This document shows, piece by piece, positions 22,597-30,976 of a stretch of 35,079 bases of DNA. The position numbers and the translations under genes are program-made. The DNA is taken from sequence record SRR22947727_6326; one strand, 5' to 3'. The number at the start of each line of letters is the position of its first letter. The first letter of the stretch is position 1. Below the pieces are notes generated by a model. The model saw only the letters and a list, made by a program, of their open reading frames with translations, had not been told where the DNA came from and ran no database searches.

Positions 22597-23229
22597 ATGA
22601 GTAAAGAATCACTAGACAATATAGATGCTAAATTAAGCGAGATGCTCATAAATAGTATGCACATCTACGACATTTCAATGAATTGCCTGCTTGGCGACAC
22701 TAATCTTGATAGTGTAAGGGATGATTTATATGCTACAGATAAGGCTATTAATGAACTCCATCGTGAAGTTCGCAGAGAAATGATAGTTCATTCTGCAGTA
22801 AATTCAAGAAACTTAGATATTCCTTTACTGCTATCTTATATGACTATGTCAAAAGATATTGAGAGAATTGGGGACTATTGTAAGAATCTTTTTGAAATTG
22901 CAGAAACAGGTAACACCTTTACTAAAGGTGAAGATTTAGATAGCTATATTGGGTTAAGAAATGATATAGGAAAATTAATTGTTTATTTGCAGTCATGTCT
23001 GAACCTTGAAGATGAAACAAAAGTGAATGATCTAATCACCCTTGGTTCTTCTATGTCTACAGATTTAGATAATAAAATCACAGCTCTTCTTGAAAACAAA
23101 GAAACAATAGAATACCCAGTTTCCACTACTTTATTTTATAGATACTTGAAGAGAATTGTTTCACACATTGTTAATGCAAGTACAGCACTGATAATGCCTA
23201 CAGATCAAATAGATTATTTAGACGAGTAA
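22597..23229 (+). CDS. Second PhoU-domain protein associated with the Na/Pi cotransporter
   Basis: TDKAINELHREVRR, KDIERIGDYCKN and RYLKRIVSHIVN. SD AAGGAG, 8 nt after nptA. Confidence 0.88.
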   Translation: MSKESLDNIDAKLSEMLINSMHIYDISMNCLLGDTNLDSVRDDLYATDKAINELHREVRREMIVHSAVNSRNLDIPLLLSYMTMSKDIERIGDYCKNLFEIAETGNTFTKGEDLDSYIGLRNDIGKLIVYLQSCLNLEDETKVNDLITLGSSMSTDLDNKITALLENKETIEYPVSTTLFYRYLKRIVSHIVNASTALIMPTDQIDYLDE

Positions 23230-23242
23230 AACTTAATTAGAG

Positions 23243-24259
23243 TTATTTAACATCCCAAGTTCCAAGGGATCTAACTAATTTATCTAACTCACCATCACCC
23301 TTTGAATCTTTTGCAAAATCTATTTGTTTCATAACGTCTTCATTATAAGTTTCTCTTTGAACTTTTCTGAAAACTCCCATCGGGGTCGGGCCATAGGGAC
23401 CATGTGACAACCTTGAGAGTGAGAATGCAACTGATGGATTTTCTCTTGTAATATCGTGTACATAGATTTGTGAATCATCAATATCTGTACGTTTTGCAAT
23501 TTTAGCTTCCCCGTTTTCAATGGTTACTGCAAACTCGTCTTCAGCACCAAAAATAACTTTTTCTCCATGTACTAAATTAATTCTGTTTGCTACACGTCCT
23601 TCTTTAGAGGTTAATTGTTCAAATGCTTTGTCATTAAAGACATTACAGTTTTGGTAAATCTCTACAAAAGCAGATCCTTTATGGGTGGATGCTTCTTGTA
23701 ACACCTGTGTAGTTAAATCTCTGTCCATATCAACTGAACGAGCGACAAAGGATGCTTCAGCACCTAGGGCTACGCTCATTGGATTAAAAGGAAGTTCCAC
23801 AGAACCAAATGGTGAAGATTTAGTTTTCTTACCCTCTTCGCTAGTAGGAGAGTATTGACCTTTTGTCAGTCCATAAATTTGGTTGTTAAACATAAGAATT
23901 TTTATATTTACATTTTTTCTTAGAGCATGTATTAAATGATTTCCACCTATAGAAAGTGAATCTCCGTCTCCTGATACAACCCAGACTGATAAGTCAGGAT
24001 TTGAAAGGGTTACTCCAGTTGCTACAGCAGGTGCACGTCCATGTATTGTATGTAATCCGTATGTGTTCATGTAGTAAGGGAACCTTGCTGCACATCCAAT
24101 ACCTGATACAAAAACCATATTTTCTTTATTTATGCCTAGTTCAGCCATAAAACTTTGCACAGATGCCAAAATTGTGTAATCCCCACAACCAGGACACCAT
24201 TTGACTTCCTGGTCACTTTGCATATCTGTTCTTTTGTAACTTACTGGAACTTTACTCAT
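23243..24259 (-). CDS. korB: 2-oxoacid:ferredoxin oxidoreductase beta subunit (probably 2-oxoglutarate)
   Basis: WCPGCGD, VSGIGC, HTIHGRA, TPP motif SGDGD...NNQIYGLTKGQ and QNCNVFN. Confidence 0.95.
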   Translation of the reverse strand: MSKVPVSYKRTDMQSDQEVKWCPGCGDYTILASVQSFMAELGINKENMVFVSGIGCAARFPYYMNTYGLHTIHGRAPAVATGVTLSNPDLSVWVVSGDGDSLSIGGNHLIHALRKNVNIKILMFNNQIYGLTKGQYSPTSEEGKKTKSSPFGSVELPFNPMSVALGAEASFVARSVDMDRDLTTQVLQEASTHKGSAFVEIYQNCNVFNDKAFEQLTSKEGRVANRINLVHGEKVIFGAEDEFAVTIENGEAKIAKRTDIDDSQIYVHDITRENPSVAFSLSRLSHGPYGPTPMGVFRKVQRETYNEDVMKQIDFAKDSKGDGELDKLVRSLGTWDVK

Positions 24260-26117
24260 TTATCTTTTCCTCTATTTTTTCAACTAATTCTTGTGCAGTG
24301 AAAGGTTCTCCTGCAACTTTATTAATTCCTTTTGCGTCAATCAAAAATCGTTCTCTAATGAGTTTTATTAATTGTCCTGTATTTAATTCTGGAATTATAA
24401 TTCTTTCGAAATTCGATAGGATTTCACCTAAGTTATCTGGAAATGGATTTATAAATGTTAAATGAGCACTTGCTACTTTAACACCCTTTTCATTAAGCCT
24501 ATTTACTGCTTGTGTTATTCCGCCATAGGTTGAACCCCATCCTAAGACAAGTGTGTCAGCTTTTTCATCTCCATTAAGTTCTAAAGGTTCAATATCATTA
24601 GCAATATTAGCAATTTTCCATGCTCTCATGTCTGTCATGTACTGATGATTAGCACTATCATATGAAACATTTCCAGTACCTTCTTCTTTTTCTAGTCCAC
24701 CAATTCGATGCTCTAAACCTGGAACTCCAGGAACAGCCCAAGGTCGTGCAAAAGTAGTCATATCTCTGTGGAAAGGCAGGAAGCCATCTTTTGAGTTATT
24801 TGTTGTTGTTAAGTTGTTAGTAAGAGAAGGTAAGTCAGAAATATCTGGTAGTTTCCATGGCTCGGAACCAGTAGCAACATAGTTATCTGATAAAAGTATT
24901 ACTGGTGTCATGTATTTCAGGGCTATTCTACTTGCCTCTATAGCAGTATAAAAAGCATGAGAAGGTGAACGTGAAGCTAGTACTGGTAGGGGAGATTCGC
25001 CGTGTCTTCCATATAGGGCAAATAATAAATCGGATTGTTCAGGTTTTGTGGGAAGACCAGTTGATGGACCTCCACGTTGTACATTTACAATAACCATAGG
25101 GAGCTCAGCAGAAAGTGCTAGTGAAATAGTTTCACTTTTAAGAGCTAATCCTGGCCCACTGGTACCTGTCACGGCAAGCTTTCCAGTAAATGATGCACCT
25201 ACAGTTGCTGCAGCTGCTGCGATCTCGTCTTCTGCTTGGAAAGTTATTACATTGAAATTTTTATGCTTTGATAATTCATGAAGTATGTCTGATGCTGGAG
25301 TGATGGGATAACTTCCATAAAATAATTCAAGATTAGATAGTTTTGCTCCAGCTATAAGGCCCCAACTTAATCCGATATTACCATTTATATTTGTGTACTC
25401 TCCAGTCGGAAGTGCTGCTTTCTCGACAACGTATGTATGATGAAATGCTTCCACAGTAATACCAAAGTTGTAACCGGTTTTCAAAGTCTTTATATTTGCA
25501 TCCGCTACCTCTGGAAGTTTCTCAAATTTCTTACTAATCCAATTTATAGTGTCTTCTAATGGCCTGTTAAATACCCAAGAAATAAGTCCTAAAGCAATCA
25601 TATTTTTTGATCTAAGAACGGCTCGCCCTTTTATTTCAGAATCTTTTAAAGCTTCTTTCGTCAGTTTTTCCATTGGGACTTCAAATACTCGATATCCATC
25701 AAGTTCACCTGATTCTCTTGGATCAACTTTATATCCTGCTTTTGTGATATTTTTTTCTTCAAAGGCATCTTGATTAATAATAAGCATTCCATTAGGTGCT
25801 AAGTCATGTAGATGTGCTTTCAAAGCAGCTGGATTCATAGCAACTAAGACTTCGGGATTATCTCCCGGAGTTAGAATATCGAAATCAGCTATTTGAACCT
25901 GGAATGAAGACACCCCAGCAATTGTTCCTTGAGGAGCCCTAATTTCAGCAGGGAAAGCAGGAAGTGTAGCTAAATCATTTCCGAATAAAGCAGAAGTGTC
26001 TGTAAATCGTGTACCGACCAGTTGCATACCATCTCCGGAGTCACCAGCAAATCTGATTGTGACAGCAGGAATAGATTCAACTGTCTTATTTTCAATTTTT
26101 AATTTTGGCTCGTCCAT
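24252..26117 (-). CDS. korA: 2-oxoacid:ferredoxin oxidoreductase alpha subunit (gamma-alpha fusion)
   Basis: RFAGDSGDGMQ, FPAEIRAP, YPITPAS, QAEDEIAA, TSGPG, QRGGPSTGLPTK and ELNTGQL. Confidence 0.95.
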   Translation of the reverse strand: MDEPKLKIENKTVESIPAVTIRFAGDSGDGMQLVGTRFTDTSALFGNDLATLPAFPAEIRAPQGTIAGVSSFQVQIADFDILTPGDNPEVLVAMNPAALKAHLHDLAPNGMLIINQDAFEEKNITKAGYKVDPRESGELDGYRVFEVPMEKLTKEALKDSEIKGRAVLRSKNMIALGLISWVFNRPLEDTINWISKKFEKLPEVADANIKTLKTGYNFGITVEAFHHTYVVEKAALPTGEYTNINGNIGLSWGLIAGAKLSNLELFYGSYPITPASDILHELSKHKNFNVITFQAEDEIAAAAATVGASFTGKLAVTGTSGPGLALKSETISLALSAELPMVIVNVQRGGPSTGLPTKPEQSDLLFALYGRHGESPLPVLASRSPSHAFYTAIEASRIALKYMTPVILLSDNYVATGSEPWKLPDISDLPSLTNNLTTTNNSKDGFLPFHRDMTTFARPWAVPGVPGLEHRIGGLEKEEGTGNVSYDSANHQYMTDMRAWKIANIANDIEPLELNGDEKADTLVLGWGSTYGGITQAVNRLNEKGVKVASAHLTFINPFPDNLGEILSNFERIIIPELNTGQLIKLIRERFLIDAKGINKVAGEPFTAQELVEKIEEKINE

Positions 26118-26121
26118 GTTT

Positions 26122-26310
26122 CTAGTTTAATCTTTTGGGAGATAATGCGATTTCATTTTGTTGAGTTCCTTCACAATTATTAGCATTTTCTCCTGAGCAG
26201 CATTCTGCTTGGTTGAGTCCAAACATTGCACATGAGTTGTTTACGCAAGCAGCATGTCCATGGAGATACACCATTGTATTTTTACACCAACTACACATTA
26301 AGTCACTCAT
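26122..26310 (-). CDS. Small Cys/His-rich hypothetical protein, probable metal binder
   Basis: 62 aa with the pattern CxxC-x7-HGH-x2-C-x4-C-x9-CC-x7-C. It fills the sodX-korA gap exactly (8-nt overlap with sodX, 4 nt before korA). Confidence 0.8.
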   Translation of the reverse strand: MSDLMCSWCKNTMVYLHGHAACVNNSCAMFGLNQAECCSGENANNCEGTQQNEIALSPKRLN

Positions 26311-26803
26311 ATGTTTTAAATCTGTAATATGGCCAATAACGCATCTTAAGCTTCCAACATTCTAGATATTTAATAGGCCCTATAGTTCTAGAGTCACTAG
26401 AAGACAAAGTACGTTGATCACCTAATACAAATATTTCATCATCCCTTAATTGAACTTTTACAAAGTCATCGACAAAACTTTTAGCCCAAGGATCATTTAT
26501 TCTCTCGGAGTTTATCAATATAGAACCTTCTTGTGACTCTACTTCCTCACCTGGAAGGCCTATAACTCTTTTAACAACATCAATATTCTTTTCGTTGTTA
26601 TTGAATATGACGATGTCACCTCTTACGGGTATATCTTTCAATTTTGAAGCAAGTACAAATTCGTTTGGAAGAAGTGCAGGTTTCATACTTTCTTCTTTAA
26701 TTTCATATGCTCTAATTGATTTATTATCATTGCGAAAAACAATATATAACACAAATGCAAAAAGTGTCTTCAAGTTAACTATCTTTACTATGTTTTTAAT
26801 CAT
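26303..26803 (-). CDS. sodX: S26 peptidase, probable nickel-SOD maturation protease
   Basis: Ser/Lys dyad ESMKPAL...VVKRVIG, FVLGDQR..SSDSR and an N-terminal hydrophobic anchor. It is divergent from sodN. A generic signal peptidase I cannot be excluded. Confidence 0.7.
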   Translation of the reverse strand: MIKNIVKIVNLKTLFAFVLYIVFRNDNKSIRAYEIKEESMKPALLPNEFVLASKLKDIPVRGDIVIFNNNEKNIDVVKRVIGLPGEEVESQEGSILINSERINDPWAKSFVDDFVKVQLRDDEIFVLGDQRTLSSSDSRTIGPIKYLECWKLKMRYWPYYRFKTYE

Positions 26804-26849
26804 AAATTCTTATCTTACTAAAATTAATAGTAGTGAATTAAGGAGATTT

Positions 26850-27236
26850 ATGAAATTATTTAAACCAACAAGAGTCGCATATGCGCATTGTGATTTACCT
26901 TGTGGAGTATACGATCCAGCGCAGGCACGTATTGAAGCGGAATCAGTATTGAATGCATCAAAGAAGTATCAAGATTCTGACGATGCTAGTTTCAAACAAA
27001 GATGTGTCAGCATAAAAGAAGAGAGAGCTGAAGAAGTCAAACACCATCTATGGGTATTGTGGACAGACTACTTTAAGCCAGAGCATCTTGAAAGATTTCC
27101 AAATCTTCATGATTTATTCTGGAATGCGACTAAAAAAGCTGGAGAAGCTAAAAAAACTGAAGATCCTAAAGTTGGCGAAGAACTGCTTGCTTTAATTGAT
27201 GAGATAGATTCAATTTTTAAAGAATCAAAGTCCTAG
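26850..27236 (+). CDS. sodN: Nickel superoxide dismutase precursor
   Basis: SD AGGAG at 26841-26845 and ATG 26850. A 12-aa leader MKLFKPTRVAYA precedes the Ni-hook HCDLPCGVYDP, and LWVLWTDYFKP follows. Confidence 0.98.
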   Translation: MKLFKPTRVAYAHCDLPCGVYDPAQARIEAESVLNASKKYQDSDDASFKQRCVSIKEERAEEVKHHLWVLWTDYFKPEHLERFPNLHDLFWNATKKAGEAKKTEDPKVGEELLALIDEIDSIFKESKS

Positions 27237-28849
27237 TCAAACTTTTTAAATAGGTGCCCGATTTTAATTAATTCGGCACCTATTTTTATGTCATTTAGAC
27301 CCCAAAAATTTTCCGTATCCTTTTGTATTGCTGAAGTTACTTTTCTACTAGTTGTTGGCATAAATGGATATAGTAAATTTGCACATGCATCAATTGCCTG
27401 AAGAGCTGTATAGAGTATTCTACCTGCACGGTCTTGATCTTCCTTGATAACTTTCCAAGGCTCTGTTTCGTTCAGGTAAACATTTACCTTTGATACATAT
27501 CTCATGGATTCCTGTAGGGCTGTTTTTAACTCAACGGCCTCTATATACTTTCCTATTTCTACAAATGCTTTATGTGCCTCTTTTAGTAATTCTTCATCAA
27601 CAGGTTCTAATGAAGAGGGAGTTGTTATAGCATCTTTGTTATTTTGAATCTGAGTAAATACTCTTTGGACTAAGTTACCCCATGTCGCAACCAATTCCTC
27701 ATTATTCCTTCTAACCATTTCTTCTTCAGTTAATTCTGAATCTGATTGCTCAGGCAAAACTGATGCAAGAGTGTACCTGATTGCATCTGGCTCCCACTCT
27801 GAAAGGTAATCAGCCAAGCTCTTGCCAACACCTCTACTAGCTGATGCTTTTTGCCCCTTTACAAGAATATATTGGTTCGCAGGAACATTTGTAGGCATAT
27901 TTAGTTGACCATACCCAGCTAATATTGCCGGCCAAATTACCGAGTGAAACGGTACATTATCTTTACCAATAAAATAATATGATTCTGCTTCTTCTTTTTG
28001 CCACCATTCTTTCCAGGCATCTTCATCACCAGAATTCTTTGCCCACTCAATCGATGCAGATAGGTAACCTATTACAGCTTCAAACCAAACATAGATTTTC
28101 TTTTCATCACCCAAATCATCAACAGGAATATCAATACCCCATTCAAGATCTCTTGTAATTGCTCTATCTTTAAGTCCATCTTTCACAAATGATTTTGCCC
28201 AATTTATTACATGTGGTCTCCAGTTTTCCTTAGTTTCTAACCATGGAGAAAGTTTCTCTCCAAGCAAGCTTAACTTTAAGAAAAAGTGCTCAGTTTCTTT
28301 AAATTCTGCTGGATTGCCAGAAAGTTTACTTACCGGATTTATTAATTCCTCAGGATCAAGTGTTGAGCTACAATTGTCACACTGATCGCCTCTAGCTTCT
28401 CCATATTCACACTTCGGACATTGTCCTTCAACATATCTATCAGGCAGAAATTTATTATCTATTGGATCAAAGGCCTGTAAAGTTTTTTGTTTATCAATAA
28501 ACCCATTGTCCAAGAGCTTGAGAAAAATATCGTGGACCACTTCTTTGTGATTATCTGTCATGGTTGTTGTGTAATTATCCCAAGAAATGGAGAGCTTTTC
28601 CCAATAATCTAGAAATTCACTGTGGTATTTATTCACTATATCTATCGGCTCTACGCCTTCTTCATCTGCACGTACAGTAATGGGAGTACCATGAGCATCG
28701 CTTCCCGAAACCATTAATACATTGTTTCCAATCACTCTATGGTATCTTGCAAATACATCAGCTGGTAAATATGCACCACCAATATGACCGAGGTGTCTAG
28801 AACCGCTTGCATACGGCCAAGCTACTGCTACTAATATATTTTTTGACAT
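27233..28849 (-). CDS. metG: Methionine--tRNA ligase (monomeric type, no C-terminal OB domain)
   Basis: AWPYA...HLGH, SGSDAHG, Zn knuckle CPKC...CDNC, YVWFEA, YFIGKDNVPFH and WGNLVQR. Confidence 0.98.
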   Translation of the reverse strand: MSKNILVAVAWPYASGSRHLGHIGGAYLPADVFARYHRVIGNNVLMVSGSDAHGTPITVRADEEGVEPIDIVNKYHSEFLDYWEKLSISWDNYTTTMTDNHKEVVHDIFLKLLDNGFIDKQKTLQAFDPIDNKFLPDRYVEGQCPKCEYGEARGDQCDNCSSTLDPEELINPVSKLSGNPAEFKETEHFFLKLSLLGEKLSPWLETKENWRPHVINWAKSFVKDGLKDRAITRDLEWGIDIPVDDLGDEKKIYVWFEAVIGYLSASIEWAKNSGDEDAWKEWWQKEEAESYYFIGKDNVPFHSVIWPAILAGYGQLNMPTNVPANQYILVKGQKASASRGVGKSLADYLSEWEPDAIRYTLASVLPEQSDSELTEEEMVRRNNEELVATWGNLVQRVFTQIQNNKDAITTPSSLEPVDEELLKEAHKAFVEIGKYIEAVELKTALQESMRYVSKVNVYLNETEPWKVIKEDQDRAGRILYTALQAIDACANLLYPFMPTTSRKVTSAIQKDTENFWGLNDIKIGAELIKIGHLFKKFD

Positions 28850-28914
28850 TCTATACCTTAGAATAGCTACTTCTCATTTCTCGTTGTGTTTAATTTAAAC
28901 CTATCATAGAAAAT

Positions 28915-29577
28915 ATGGATATCGTACTTGGTTCAATAGCATCTCTGATAGGAGTTGGTTTTTCTTTAGAATTACTTTTAAAATCATTTCGAAGTAAAAA
29001 ACCATATATAATTTCCTGGACCGTAGCAGTCATCATGTACACAGTGGCAACAATAGCTTTAGTCTCTGGCCTAATAAATGGTTGGAATTATATTAATTTC
29101 GGTATTTTCTACTTTTTTGGGGGGATTACTAATGTTCCTGCATTTGGAATTGGCAGTGCATACTTAATTTTTGATGACAATAAGGTAAATGTTATATCGG
29201 GGTTATATGTTTTATTTGTATTAGGTGCTGTGTTTTCTATTTTTACAAGCGGTATTCCTGATTTTTCAAATATTCAGGGCATTCCTGAGGGAAGCCAATT
29301 GTATGAAATTAGCGGTCCCAGAATGTGGGCAATATTAGGCAATTCATTTGGCAGCATTTCTTTGGTTGGTATTGCTGCATACAGCATATATAAATTTAGA
29401 AGAGTAGATGAAGACTTAGTTACAACAAATGTTTTAATAGTCGTGGGGTCATTTTCACCAGCACTGTCTGGGGTCCTCCTCGCTTTAGGTGATAGTGCAT
29501 CTAAGACTCTTTCACTTTTAGTCGGAATGTTTTTAATTTATCTTGGCTATAGAGTATCCCAAAGACCAAAAATATAG
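28915..29577 (+). CDS. Uncharacterised membrane protein with about 7 TM segments
   Basis: 220 aa with seven hydrophobic stretches and no catalytic motif recognised. TATCAT lies 7 nt before the ATG and there is no SD. Confidence 0.85.
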   Translation: MDIVLGSIASLIGVGFSLELLLKSFRSKKPYIISWTVAVIMYTVATIALVSGLINGWNYINFGIFYFFGGITNVPAFGIGSAYLIFDDNKVNVISGLYVLFVLGAVFSIFTSGIPDFSNIQGIPEGSQLYEISGPRMWAILGNSFGSISLVGIAAYSIYKFRRVDEDLVTTNVLIVVGSFSPALSGVLLALGDSASKTLSLLVGMFLIYLGYRVSQRPKI

Positions 29578-29586
29578 CTGATTTAC

Positions 29587-29624
29587 GTAACAAATAAGAA
29601 ACAATTTCGTAATAATCATTTAAC
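29587..29624 (+). promoter_or_regulatory. GlnR-type binding site upstream of amtB
   Basis: GTAAC-n6-GAAAC-n6-GTAAT-n6-TTAAC, matching the actinobacterial GlnR consensus gTnAc-n6-GaAAc in tandem. Confidence 0.8.
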
Positions 29625-29694
29625 TTCTACAGCACTATTTAAAAAAAACTCTTAACTAAGTTATTTATAAATATTTATTTAAGAGGAGATAAAA

Positions 29695-30891
29695 ATGGAA
29701 ATTGTAACCTACGTAGACAATCTATGGATATTAATTGCCGGAATTCTAGTTATGTTCATGCAGCCAGGTTTCATGCTTGTAGAAACTGGATTTACACGAT
29801 CTAAAAACTCAGTCAATATTGTTATGAAGAACTTTATGGACTTTTCAGTCGGGGCTCTCACTTACTGGGCTTTTGGATTTGCATTTGCTTACGGTGGTTC
29901 TACTTTGGGAGGATTTATTGCGTATGGTAATTTCTTTCTAGAGGGAGAATCTTCTACTTATTTTTTTCAGGTAGTATTTGCAGCTACTGCGGCGACCATC
30001 GTTTCTGGGTCTGTCGCTGAGAGAACTAAATTTAGTTCATATCTACTTTTCCAACCCTTTATATGCGGATTAATATATCCAATAGTTACCCACTGGGTAT
30101 GGAGTGGTCAAGGTTGGTTAACTGACATTGGGTTTGTAGACTTTGCAGGCTCAGGCGTTGTACATATGGTTGGTGGTTTTGCTGCTCTTGCAGGAATACA
30201 GGTAGTTGGTCCACGTATAGGGAAATTTGATAGCAACGGAAAACCTCTTCCTATTCCTGGTAGCTCAATGGTAGCCGCTGCACTTGGCGTATTTATTTTG
30301 TGGTTTGGATGGTATGGATTCAATGTAGGATCTGCTTTAGCGGCAGTCGATGTTGATTTAGCAGCAATAGCGGTAACTACCACATTGTCAGCATCAGCTG
30401 CGTCAGTAGCTGCAATGTATACTTCAATGATTGCTGGAAAACCCAATGTCGGAATGACTCTTAACGGTGCATTATCTGGACTTGTTGGAATAACAGCTGG
30501 TTGTGCAAATGTTAACAATTTAGGTGCAGTCATAATCGGACTTGTCTCAGGCGTTCTTGTTGTAGGATCGATAAATCTAATTGAGCGAAAGGGGCTAGAT
30601 GATGCAGTTGGAGCAGTTTCTGTGCATGGTGTCTGCGGTGCATGGGGTGTTTTAGCTGTAAGTTTATTTGATACATCTGAAGGCGTTTTTTACGGAGGGA
30701 CCTCATTACTTGTTCCACAAGTTATTGGGATTTTAGCTATAGGTTCATGGGCTTACTTGACTTCTTACGCGGTATTAAAGGTTATTGATTTAAATTTTGG
30801 ATTAAGAGTATCAAAAGAAGAAGAGATTGCTGGTCTTGATGTTTCTGAACATGGAACAACAGCATATGGTGATTTCATTCTAAAAAAATAA
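29695..30891 (+). CDS. amtB: Ammonium transporter
   Basis: FMQPGF, FQVVFAATAATIVSGSVAER, DFAGSGVVH, WFGWYGFN, DDAVGAVSVHG and LRVSKEEEIAGLD. SD GAGGAG. Confidence 0.98.
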   Translation: MEIVTYVDNLWILIAGILVMFMQPGFMLVETGFTRSKNSVNIVMKNFMDFSVGALTYWAFGFAFAYGGSTLGGFIAYGNFFLEGESSTYFFQVVFAATAATIVSGSVAERTKFSSYLLFQPFICGLIYPIVTHWVWSGQGWLTDIGFVDFAGSGVVHMVGGFAALAGIQVVGPRIGKFDSNGKPLPIPGSSMVAAALGVFILWFGWYGFNVGSALAAVDVDLAAIAVTTTLSASAASVAAMYTSMIAGKPNVGMTLNGALSGLVGITAGCANVNNLGAVIIGLVSGVLVVGSINLIERKGLDDAVGAVSVHGVCGAWGVLAVSLFDTSEGVFYGGTSLLVPQVIGILAIGSWAYLTSYAVLKVIDLNFGLRVSKEEEIAGLDVSEHGTTAYGDFILKK

Positions 30892-30911
30892 ACAATTAAA
30901 AAACTCATTAT

Positions 30912-30976
30912 TAGAAAGTCAGTCTTTCGTATCAAGGTTTCCCCCTTAATGTGACCAGACTGATTTTCTATTTATT
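30912..30976 (+). ncRNA. Long hairpin with C-rich apex between amtB and gltB (candidate 3'-UTR RNA element or terminator)
   Basis: Stems 30912-30925/30957-30970 (14 bp), 30927-30932/30949-30954 and 30934-30937/30944-30947, with loop TTTCCC. Three G-U pairs favour the + strand. Followed by TTTATT. Confidence 0.55.

Noticed and set aside
26595..26849. ORF-track N-terminal extension of sodN (213 aa)
   Set aside because: It lies antisense over sodX. The SD and ATG at 26850 give the normal short SodN leader.
28300..28480. MetRS with only one Cys4 knuckle as a Zn-sparing adaptation
   Set aside because: The same one-Zn, two-knuckle arrangement is standard in E. coli-type MetRS.
28850..28914. T-box or SAM riboswitch upstream of metG
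   Set aside because: The region is only 65 nt, is shared with a divergent gene, and shows no such structure.
28915..29577. 7-TM protein as a microbial rhodopsin or heliorhodopsin (DSASK resembles DxxxK)
   Set aside because: The Lys lies in the loop before the last helix rather than mid-helix, and there is no RYxDW- or RWxEY-like helix C motif.
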